IMG/VR virus record: IMGVR_UViG_2690316210_000007
Span: 1 to 35,809 of that record
Source of the DNA: a virus
Taxonomy: Duplodnaviria > Heunggongvirae > Uroviricota > Caudoviricetes
Length of the DNA: 35,809 nucleotides
Reading direction: 5' to 3' (one strand)
The number at the start of each line of letters is the position of its first letter. Within the stretch, counting starts at the first letter, position 1. Positions 26,132 through 33,723 of the stretch are shown piece by piece. Position numbers and translations under genes: made by a program. The notes beneath the pieces were generated by a model. That model was not told the origin of the DNA and did not search any database. It worked only from the letters and a program-made list of their open reading frames with translations.

Positions 26132-26191
26132 TGCAAAATGTTTTATGTGAAATCGCCTCCGGGCGGTTTTATCGTTTATGGAGCATGACGA

Positions 26192-26462
26192 ATGGGTAAA
26201 GGCAGCAGTAAGGGGCATACCCCGCGCGAAGCGAAGGACAACCTGAAGTCCACGCAGCTGCTGAGTGTGATCGATGCCATCAGCGAAGGGCCGGTTGAAG
26301 GTCCGGTGGACGGATTAAAAAGCGTGCTGCTGAACAGTACGCCGGTGCTGGACAGTGAGGGGAATACCAACATCTCCGGCGTCACGGTGGTGTTCCGGGC
26401 AGGTGAGCAGGAGCAGACACCGCCGGAGGGTTTTGAATCCTCCGGCTCCGAGACGGTGCTGA
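26192..26462 (+). pseudogene. J: gpJ (central tail fibre / host specificity) N-terminal fragment, truncated by IS insertion or deletion
   Basis: MGKGSSKGHTPREAKDNLKSTQLLSVIDAISEGPVEGPVDGLKSVLLNSTPVLDSEGNTNISGVTVVFRAGEQEQTPPEGFESSGSETVL matches the N-terminus of the full J at 33724. Homology stops at 26462, where IS3-family sequence begins. Confidence 0.8.
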
Positions 26463-27600
26463 TGAAAATCAACTTTCGATCAGTGAAGGCGCTTCCCGAT
26501 TATCTCTTCCTGAAGGCACTTTAGGACAATGGGTTACCGCCGCCAGAAAAGGGCTCGGTACTCCTGGTTCCCGCACGGTGGCTGAACTGGAATCTGAAAT
26601 TCTGCAACTGCGTAAGGCGTTAAATGAAGCTCGCCTTGAGCGAGATATATTAAAAAAAGCAACAGCGTATTTTGCACAGGAGTCGCTGAAAAATACGCGT
26701 TAATCGAACAATGGCGACAACAATTTCCCATTGAAGCGATGTGTCAGGTATTTGGTGTATCCAGGAGCGGTTATTACAACTGGGTACAGCATGAACCCTC
26801 AGACAGAAAACAAAGTGATGAGCGGCTAAAACTGGAGATTAAGGTGGCACATATCCGCACTCGCGAAACATATGGAACCCGGCGGCTCCAGACGGAGCTG
26901 GCAGAGAATGGCATCATCGTTGGTCGTGACCGACTGGCACGTCTTCGTAAGGAGCTAAGGCTACGCTGTAAGCAGAAACGCAAGTTCAGAGCGACTACGA
27001 ACTCGAACCACAATCTGCCAGTTGCGCCAAATCTGCTGAACCAGACGTTCGCTCCTACAGCACCAAATCAGGTCTGGGTGGCGGACCTGACGTATGTTGC
27101 CACACAGGAGGGATGGTTGTACCTCGCTGGCATCAAAGATGTTTATACGTGCGAAATTGTCGGCTACGCCATGGGAGAGCGCATGACAAAAGAGCTGACA
27201 GGTAAAGCCCTGTTTATGGCGCTCAGGAGCCAGCGCCCACCTGCCGGGCTAATCCACCACTCTGATCGAGGTTCACAGTACTGCGCATACGATTACCGGG
27301 TCATACAGGAGCAGTCTGGTCTGAAAACATCAATGTCGCGTAAAGGTAACTGTTACGACAACGCTCCGATGGAAAGCTTCTGGGGAACGCTGAAAAATGA
27401 GAGCCTGAGCCACTATCGTTTTAATAACCGGGATGAAGCCATCTCAGTAATACGGGAATACATTGAGATTTTCTACAATCGTCAGCGTCGTCACTCTCGT
27501 CTGGGGAATATCTCCCCGGCAGCCTTCAGGGAAAAATATCATCAGATGGCTGCTTAAAAAAAGAACAAATGGTAGTGTCCGCTATTGCCAGTACACCTCA
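26463..27600 (+). mobile_element. IS3-family insertion sequence, 5'-truncated (lacks left inverted repeat and the start of orfA)
   Basis: Partial orfA (..TVAELESEILQLRKALNEARLERDILKKATAYFAQESLKNTR*, stop 26701-26703); slippery A-run AAAAAAAG at 26652-26659; orfB in the -1 frame with DDE-type core (HHSDRGSQY, GNCYDNA). Right end TGAGGTGTACTGGCAATAGCGGACAC (reverse complement of ~27575-27600) resembles IS3-family terminal repeats. Confidence 0.8.
26739..27557 (+). CDS. IS3-family transposase orfB (DDE integrase core); normally expressed as an OrfAB frameshift fusion
   Basis: 272-aa ORF; ..QVWVADLTYV..GWLYLAGIKDVYTCEIVGYAMGERMT.., HHSDRGSQYCA, KGNCYDNAPMESFWGTLK, RRHSRLGNISPAAF are typical of IS3-family OrfB. 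Confidence 0.85.
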   Translation: MCQVFGVSRSGYYNWVQHEPSDRKQSDERLKLEIKVAHIRTRETYGTRRLQTELAENGIIVGRDRLARLRKELRLRCKQKRKFRATTNSNHNLPVAPNLLNQTFAPTAPNQVWVADLTYVATQEGWLYLAGIKDVYTCEIVGYAMGERMTKELTGKALFMALRSQRPPAGLIHHSDRGSQYCAYDYRVIQEQSGLKTSMSRKGNCYDNAPMESFWGTLKNESLSHYRFNNRDEAISVIREYIEIFYNRQRRHSRLGNISPAAFREKYHQMAA

Positions 27601-27652
27601 CTCTGACGGAGAGTTTGTGGCAGTGGCTGCGGTGACCGTCAGCGCACCATAA
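27601..27652 (+). pseudogene. V: Remnant of a second major tail protein gene (V), last ~17 codons only
   Basis: ..GEFVAVAAVTVSAP* immediately after the IS right end parallels the C-terminus of V copy 1 (..[18 protein letters not shown]). Confidence 0.55.
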
Positions 27653-27672
27653 CAGGACGATACTCATCATTG

Positions 27673-27697
27673 CCCCGGTTATCCGGGGCTTTTTGCA
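27673..27697 (+). terminator. Intrinsic terminator-like hairpin between the V remnant and G copy 2
   Basis: ccccgg-ttat-ccgggg followed by CTTTTTG. Confidence 0.4.
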
Positions 27698-27710
27698 TCC
27701 GGAGAACATG

Positions 27711-28097
27711 ATGTTTCTGAAACAGGATACGTTTAATTATGAAAAACAGTCCGTGGTGCTCAGTGAGCTGTCCGGGCTGCAGAGAATTGAATATCTGACG
27801 TTTGTTCAGCAGCGAACGGCAAAGTTTGATGCACAGGAGGGAGAACTGCCGGAGGCTGAACGACAGATTGCTTTTCTGCGTATGGGAATGGATATCAATG
27901 CCTGGCTGGTTTCCCGCTCACTGTGGAATGCTGAGCAGTCTCAGGATGTTGAGACGCTTTGCGCATCCATTATGACAACATGGTCGTATGATGCGCTGGG
28001 CGCGGGGGCGGAGAGGGTTCTGTCGCTGAGCGGTATGGGGACCATTGAGAATGCCGGGGATGATGATCATGAGGCGCTGACGCCGGAAAAGTCCTGA
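27711..28097 (+). CDS. G: Tail assembly chaperone gpG (copy 2, divergent)
   Basis: MFLKQDTFNYEKQSVVLSELSGLQRIEYL... parallels G copy 1 (MFLKTEQFEYNGVSVTLSELSALQRIEHL...). RBS ggaga 5 nt before ATG 27711; the ORF-track start at 27693 is a TTG extension. Confidence 0.8.
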   Translation: MFLKQDTFNYEKQSVVLSELSGLQRIEYLTFVQQRTAKFDAQEGELPEAERQIAFLRMGMDINAWLVSRSLWNAEQSQDVETLCASIMTTWSYDALGAGAERVLSLSGMGTIENAGDDDHEALTPEKS

Positions 28098-28435
28098 CGC
28101 GGGAAATGCAGTTTGTCATGCGGCTTGCCCGGGAGTTCCGGCGGGCAGACTGGCGGCGGATGCTGTCGGATATGTCGGCCACTGAGCTTGGTGAGTGGGG
28201 CGATTATTTCCGGATGCAGAGCTTCAGTGATGTGTGGATGGATGCGCAGTTTGCCTCGCTGAAGGCATTGATCGTGAGAATGGTGTCCGGCAGCAGCGAT
28301 GCTGCGGTGGCTGATTTCAGCCTTTTACCGGAAGAGAACGGGATACCGGAGCGAACGGACGAAGAACTGATGCATCTTGGGGAAGGTATTTCCGGAGGTG
28401 TGCGTTATGGACCAGATAGCCAACCTGGTCATTGA
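27711..28435 (+). CDS. T: gpG-T fusion (copy 2) by presumed -1 frameshift near the end of G
   Basis: The downstream ORF 28106-28435 is in the -1 frame relative to G and runs into the H copy 2 start. The probable slip region CCGGAAAAGTCC (28086-28097) is not the canonical GGGAAAG. Confidence 0.55.
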
Positions 28436-30242
28436 TTTGGGGATTGATGCGGCAGAGTTTAAAAATGAAATTCCCCGTATCAAAAACCTTCTGAATGGTG
28501 CAGCCAGCGATGCAGAACGGTCTTCTGCCCGTATGCAGCGTTTTATGGAGCGTCAGACTCAGGCGGCCCGGCAGACAATGCAGGCGGCTTCTTCGGCTGC
28601 AACAGCAGCATCAGCCCATGCGCAGACGGTGGAAAAGAACGCACGGGCTCATGAACGCATGGCCCGTGAGGTGGAACAAACCCGTCTGCGCGTGGATGCC
28701 CTGAATCAGAAAATGCTCGAGGAACAGGCGCAGGCCAGGGCACTGGCGGAGGCGCAGGATAAAGCGGCTGCCGCCTTTTATCGCCAGATTGACAGTGTGA
28801 AACAGGCCGGTGCGGGGCTTCAGGAATTACAGCGTATTCAGCAGCAGATCCGACAGGCCAGAAACAGTGGCGGGGTTGGTCAGCAGGATTATCTGGCGCT
28901 GATTTCGGAGATCACGGCGAAAACCCGTGCCCTGACGCAGGCAGAGGAACAGGCCACCCGGCAGAAAGCGGCGTTTATCCGCCAGCTTAAAGAGCAGGCA
29001 ACCCGCCAGAATCTGTCGTCTTCTGAGTTGCTTCGCGCCAGGGCGGCTCAGCTGGGGGTAAGCAGTGCTGCAGAAGTGTATATCCGCAAAATGGAGCGGG
29101 CAGGAAAAGCCACACATTCGCTGGGGCTGAAAAGTGCGGCAGCCCGGCGGGAGCTGGGGGTGTTAATCAGTCAGATGGCGCGCGGCAATTTTGGTGCGCT
29201 GAGGGGATCCGGGATAACGCTGGCTAACCGTGCCGGATGGACAGGCGCACTGATGTCGCCGAAAGGCATGATGACTGGCGGCGTTATTGGCGGACTTGTC
29301 GCGGCGGTCCTGGGTCTGGGTAAAGCCTGGCATGACGGCCGGAAGGAGGGCGAGGAATTTAACCGTCAGCTGGCGCTGACGGGACATTATGCCGGTGTCA
29401 CTGTCGGGCAGTTGTGGAAACTCAGCCGGGCCATATCCGGGAATGGTATCACGCAACATGCGGCAGCCGGTGCGCTGGCACAGGTGGTGGGCAGTGGGGC
29501 ATTTCATGGAAACGATATTGGTATGGTGGCGAAAGCTGCCGCACAGATGGAGCGATCGGTTGGCCAGTCGGTCAGCGATACCATAAATCAGTTTAAGCGG
29601 CTGAAGGATGATCCTGTAAATGCCGCGAAGGCGCTGGACAATGCGCTGCATTTTTTGACTGCCACTCAGCTTGAGCAGATACGCGTCCTTGGGGAGCAGG
29701 GGCGGTCCAGTGATGCGGCCCGGATCGCCATGTCTGCGCTGGCAGAGGAAACCGGTAAACGCACATCTGATATTGATAATAATCTCAATGCGCTGGGTAG
29801 TACGCTGCAAACCTTGTCTGACTGGTGGAAGCAGTTCTGGGATGCGGCCATGAATATTGGTCGTGAAGACTCGCTGGATGCGCAGATTGATGCGTTACAG
29901 GAAAAAATTCAGCGCGCGAAAAAATATCCGTGGACAAACGCCTCCACACAGGTGGAGTACGATCAGCAGCGTCTTAACGATCTTCAGGAGAAAAAACGCC
30001 GGAAGGATTTGCAGGATGCAAAAGCGCAGGCAGAACGGAATTACCAGGAGCAACAGAAACGCCGGAATGCTGAAAATGCCGCGCTGAACCGGATGAATGA
30101 AACGGAAGCTGCACGACATCAGCGTGAAAATGAACGTTACGAAAAAGCCATTAAGAAAAATACACGGGCAACCCGTAATGATGAGGCCACCCGGTTATTG
30201 CTGCTGCCAGACAGTCAGCAGGCATTGCCACTGAAAGGATGA
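28407..30242 (+). CDS. H: Tail tape measure protein gpH copy 2, N-terminal ORF
   Basis: RBS ggaggtg before ATG 28407; MDQIANLVIDLGIDAAEF... parallels the H copy 1 start MSQPVGDLVIDLSLDAVRF...; coiled-coil-like composition. Ends at TGA 30240-30242, overlapping the ATG of the next ORF. Confidence 0.75.
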   Translation: MDQIANLVIDLGIDAAEFKNEIPRIKNLLNGAASDAERSSARMQRFMERQTQAARQTMQAASSAATAASAHAQTVEKNARAHERMAREVEQTRLRVDALNQKMLEEQAQARALAEAQDKAAAAFYRQIDSVKQAGAGLQELQRIQQQIRQARNSGGVGQQDYLALISEITAKTRALTQAEEQATRQKAAFIRQLKEQATRQNLSSSELLRARAAQLGVSSAAEVYIRKMERAGKATHSLGLKSAAARRELGVLISQMARGNFGALRGSGITLANRAGWTGALMSPKGMMTGGVIGGLVAAVLGLGKAWHDGRKEGEEFNRQLALTGHYAGVTVGQLWKLSRAISGNGITQHAAAGALAQVVGSGAFHGNDIGMVAKAAAQMERSVGQSVSDTINQFKRLKDDPVNAAKALDNALHFLTATQLEQIRVLGEQGRSSDAARIAMSALAEETGKRTSDIDNNLNALGSTLQTLSDWWKQFWDAAMNIGREDSLDAQIDALQEKIQRAKKYPWTNASTQVEYDQQRLNDLQEKKRRKDLQDAKAQAERNYQEQQKRRNAENAALNRMNETEAARHQRENERYEKAIKKNTRATRNDEATRLLLLPDSQQALPLKG

Positions 30243-31339
30243 CTGAAGCGCATAAACAGCTTCTGGCCCTGCAGCAGCGCATCAGCGACCTGGACGGGAA
30301 AAAGCTGACGGCAGATGAAAAGAGTGTGCTGACCCGTAAGAATGAGCTGATTCAGGCGCTGACGCTGCTGGATGTGAAACAGCAGGAGCTGCAGAAACAG
30401 ACAGCGCTTAACGACCTGAGAAAAAAAACGGTTCAGCTGACCAGCCAGCTGGCAGACAAAGAACGTGCACTGCGTGAGCAGCACAATCTGGATATTGCCA
30501 CTGCAGGTATGGGGGATAAGCAGCGGCAGCGCTACCAGGCACAGTTGCGCATCCGGCAGGAATACCGGCAACAGTTGCAACAGCTTGAGAATGACAGTCG
30601 CCAGAAAGGCACTTACGGGACGGAGGACTACCGGAGGGCTGAGGAGGTGCTGAAGGGGAGCCTGAAGCGACAACTGAATGAAAACAAACGCTACTGGCAG
30701 GAACTGGAAGTGGCGCAGGGCGACTGGAAAAACGGTGCCATGCGGGCGTTTCAGCATTTTACGGCGGATGCGGATAATGCGGCGGGAACGGCAGAACAGA
30801 TGTTTACAGTGGCATTCAGCAGTGCCGGTAATGCACTGGCGACATTCTGTACCACCGGTAAGCTGAATTTTAAATCCTTCACCTCTTCCCTGTTGTCAGA
30901 TATGGCCAGAATTATGGCACAGATGGCCATGATGCAGGCGGTAAAGGGCGTCGGTTCTTTATTCGGCTTCACGACTAATGCTGATGGCGGTGTTTACCAG
31001 TCTGCTGATTTGAGTCGCTACAGTGGCACGGTGGTTAACCGTCCGACGTTTTTTGCTTTTGCAAAAGGCGCGGGTGTGATGGGGGAAGCGGGACCTGAAG
31101 CCATTCTGCCACTGCGTCGCGGTGCTGATGGTAAGCTGGGGGGTGTGGCGGATACTGGTGGTTCAGGCATGGTGATGTTTGCCCCGCAGTACAACATTGA
31201 GATCAATAACGATGGCACGAACGGGCAGATAGGTCCGGCTGCCCTGAAGGTGGTTTATGACCTCGGGAAAAAAGCGGCCGCGGACTTTATGCAACAGCAG
31301 GCCCGTGATGGTGGCCGGTTAAGTGGAGCATACCGGTAA
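30239..31339 (+). CDS. H: Tail tape measure protein gpH copy 2, C-terminal ORF in a different frame
   Basis: 366 aa ending ...FAPQYNIEINNDGTNGQIGPAALKVVYDLGKKAAADFMQQQARDGGRLSGAYR, homologous to the H copy 1 C-terminus (..NNDGTNGQIGPAALKAVYDMARKGARDEIQTQMRDGGLFSGGGR). Confidence 0.75.
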   Translation: MTEAHKQLLALQQRISDLDGKKLTADEKSVLTRKNELIQALTLLDVKQQELQKQTALNDLRKKTVQLTSQLADKERALREQHNLDIATAGMGDKQRQRYQAQLRIRQEYRQQLQQLENDSRQKGTYGTEDYRRAEEVLKGSLKRQLNENKRYWQELEVAQGDWKNGAMRAFQHFTADADNAAGTAEQMFTVAFSSAGNALATFCTTGKLNFKSFTSSLLSDMARIMAQMAMMQAVKGVGSLFGFTTNADGGVYQSADLSRYSGTVVNRPTFFAFAKGAGVMGEAGPEAILPLRRGADGKLGGVADTGGSGMVMFAPQYNIEINNDGTNGQIGPAALKVVYDLGKKAAADFMQQQARDGGRLSGAYR

Positions 31340-31668
31340 TGGAGACGTTTCACTGGAAAGTGCGCCCGGATATGAATGTGGTATCAGAGCCGAAAGTGGT
31401 GACAGTGAAGCTGGGCGATGGTTATGAACAGCGTCGTGCGGCGGGACTGAATAACCAGTTGTCGACTTACAGCGTGACGATACGTGTTCGTAAAGGTGAA
31501 CACCCATTTTTAAAAGCCTTTCTGGAACGGCACGGTGGCGTCCGCGCATTTCAGTGGACGCCACCTTATGACTGGAAGCCGATCAGGGTGGTTTGTCGTA
31601 AATGGTCGGCAAGCGTGGGGGCGTTGTGGGTAACCATAACGGCAGATTTTGAACAGGTCGTGGCATAG
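31339..31668 (+). CDS. M: Tail tip assembly protein gpM (copy 3, divergent)
   Basis: 109 aa, METFHWKVRPDMNVVSEPKVVTVKLGDGYEQRRAAGLN..., collinear with the other M copies. Confidence 0.85.
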   Translation: METFHWKVRPDMNVVSEPKVVTVKLGDGYEQRRAAGLNNQLSTYSVTIRVRKGEHPFLKAFLERHGGVRAFQWTPPYDWKPIRVVCRKWSASVGALWVTITADFEQVVA

Positions 31669-31677
31669 GAGGCTCTG

Positions 31678-32376
31678 ATGCAGGATATTCCACAGGAAAC
31701 ACATCATGAGACGACACGCCTCACTCAGTCAGCCCAGGTGGTGCTCTGGGAAATCGATCTGACAGAGGTCGGTGGTGAACGTTATTTTTTCTGTAATGAG
31801 CAGAACGAAAAAGGTGAGCCGGTTACCTGGCAGGGGCGGCAGTATCAGGCATACCCCATTCAGGGGACGGGATTTGAACTGAACGGCAAGGGCAGTGCTG
31901 CCCGTCCGACACTGACGGTTTCTAACCTGCACGGAATGGTCACCGGGATGGCGGAAGACCTGCAGAGTCTGGTCGGCGGAACGGTGGTCAGGCGTAAGGT
32001 TTACGCCCGTTTTCTGGATGCGGTGAACTTCGTCAACGGAAACAGCGACGCCGATCCGGAACAGGAGGTGATCAGCCGCTGGCGCATCGAGCAGTGCAGC
32101 GAACTGAGCGCGGTCAGTGCCTCTTTTGTGCTGGCCACACCAACGGAGACGGATGGCGCGGTTTTCCCGGGGCGTATCATGCTGGCGAATACCTGTATGT
32201 GGACTTACCGTTCTGATGAGTGTGGTTACACGGGCAGGGCAGTGGCTGACGAGTTCGACAAACCAACGACGGATATCCGGAAGGACAAATGCAGCAAGTG
32301 TATGCGCGGGTGTGAGTTGCGCAACAATACCGGTAATTTCGGCGGTTTCCTTTCCATCAATAAACTTTCTCAGTAA
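31678..32376 (+). CDS. L: Tail tip protein gpL (copy 3, 232 aa, no internal duplication)
   Basis: Lambda-length L with C-terminal Cys cluster (DECGYTG...CSKCMRGC) and ..NFGGFLSINKLSQ* end. Confidence 0.85.
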   Translation: MQDIPQETHHETTRLTQSAQVVLWEIDLTEVGGERYFFCNEQNEKGEPVTWQGRQYQAYPIQGTGFELNGKGSAARPTLTVSNLHGMVTGMAEDLQSLVGGTVVRRKVYARFLDAVNFVNGNSDADPEQEVISRWRIEQCSELSAVSASFVLATPTETDGAVFPGRIMLANTCMWTYRSDECGYTGRAVADEFDKPTTDIRKDKCSKCMRGCELRNNTGNFGGFLSINKLSQ

Positions 32377-32380
32377 ATCC

Positions 32381-33124
32381 ATGACACAGACAGAATCAGC
32401 GATTCTGGCGCACGCCCGGCGATGTGCTCCAGCGGAGTCGTGTGGCTTCGTGGTGAGAACGCCGGAGGGAGACAGGTATCTTCCCAGCGAGAATATCTCC
32501 GGTGAGCCGGAGGAACGGTTCCGGATGGCTCCGGAGGACTGGCTGCGGGCACAAATGCAGGGTGAGATTGTGGCGCTGGTCCACAGTCATCCCGGTGGTC
32601 TGCCCTGGCTGAGTGAGGCTGACCGGCGGCTGCAGGTGCAGAGTGATTTGCCGTGGTGGCTGGTCTGCCGGGGGGCGATTCACAAGTTCCGCTGTGTGCC
32701 GCATCTCACCGGGCGGCGCTTTGAGCACGGGGTGACGGACTGTTACACGCTGTTCCGGGATGCTTATCATCTGGCAGGGATTGAGATGCCGGATTTTCAT
32801 CGCGGGGATGACTGGTGGCGTAACGGTCAGAATCTCTATCTTGACAATATGGAGGTGACGGGTTTTTACCGTGTCGCACTGACAGAGGCACAGCCGGGCG
32901 ATGTGCTGCTGTGCTGTTTTGGTTCATCGGTGCCGAATCATGCCGCCATTTACTGTGGTGACGGCGAGCTGCTGCACCATATTCCTGAACAACTGAGCAA
33001 ACGAGAGAGGTACACCGACAAATGGCAGCGACGCACACACTCCCTCTGGCGTCACCGGGCATGGCGCGCATCTGCCTTTACGGGGATTTACAACGATTTG
33101 GTCGCCGCATCGACCTTCGTGTGA
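32381..33124 (+). CDS. K: Tail tip assembly protein gpK (copy 2)
   Basis: MTQTESAILAHARRCAPAESCGFVVRTPEGDRY...HSHPGG...; the ORF-track start at 32117 is an upstream extension overlapping L. Confidence 0.85.
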   Translation: MTQTESAILAHARRCAPAESCGFVVRTPEGDRYLPSENISGEPEERFRMAPEDWLRAQMQGEIVALVHSHPGGLPWLSEADRRLQVQSDLPWWLVCRGAIHKFRCVPHLTGRRFEHGVTDCYTLFRDAYHLAGIEMPDFHRGDDWWRNGQNLYLDNMEVTGFYRVALTEAQPGDVLLCCFGSSVPNHAAIYCGDGELLHHIPEQLSKRERYTDKWQRRTHSLWRHRAWRASAFTGIYNDLVAASTFV

Positions 33125-33663
33125 AAACGGGGGCTGAAGCCATCCGGGCACTGGCCACACAGCTCCCGGCGTTTCGTCAGAAACTGAGTGACGGCTGGTA
33201 TCAGGTGCGCATTGCCGGGCGTGATGCAGGTGAAACCGAATTGTCTGCCCGTCTTAATGAGCCGCTGGCAAATGGTGCAGTGATCCACATAGTACCGCGT
33301 CTGGTGGGAGCTAAAAGTGGCGGTGTGTTTCAGGCGGTGCTGGGGGCGGCTGTTATGGCGGTTGCTATATGGATGCCGGGGGTAGGAATTATGGCGAGTA
33401 ATCTGCTGTTTTCTCTCGGTGCCAGTATGACGCTTGGCGGTGTTGCACAGATGCTGGCACCGAAAGCCAGAACTCCCCGTACACAGACAACGGATAACGG
33501 TAAGCAGAACACGTATTTCTCGTCACTGGATAACATGGTTGCCCAGGGCAATGTTCTGCCCGTTCTGTACGGTGAAATGCGCGTGGGGTCACGTGTGGTT
33601 TCTCAGGAGATCAGCACGGCAGACGAAGGGGATGGTGGTCAGGTTGTGGTGATTGGTCGCTGA
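33022..33663 (+). CDS. I: Tail tip assembly protein gpI (copy 2)
   Basis: 213 aa, MAATHTLPLASPGMARICLYGDLQRFGRRIDLRVKTGAEAIRALATQLPAFRQ... Confidence 0.85.
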   Translation: MAATHTLPLASPGMARICLYGDLQRFGRRIDLRVKTGAEAIRALATQLPAFRQKLSDGWYQVRIAGRDAGETELSARLNEPLANGAVIHIVPRLVGAKSGGVFQAVLGAAVMAVAIWMPGVGIMASNLLFSLGASMTLGGVAQMLAPKARTPRTQTTDNGKQNTYFSSLDNMVAQGNVLPVLYGEMRVGSRVVSQEISTADEGDGGQVVVIGR

Positions 33664-33723
33664 TGCAAAATGTTTTATGTGAAACCGCCTGCGGGCGGTT
33701 TTGTCGTTTATGGAGCGTGAGGA

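Noticed and set aside
29163-30757. Minus-strand ORFs of 215 and 180 aa antisense to tape measure copy 2
   Set aside because: Antisense to the coiled-coil coding region; low-complexity translations.
32117-32380. Upstream extension of gpK copy 2 (335-aa version)
   Set aside because: The extension overlaps the 3' end of L in another frame; K homology begins at MTQTES (ATG 32381).
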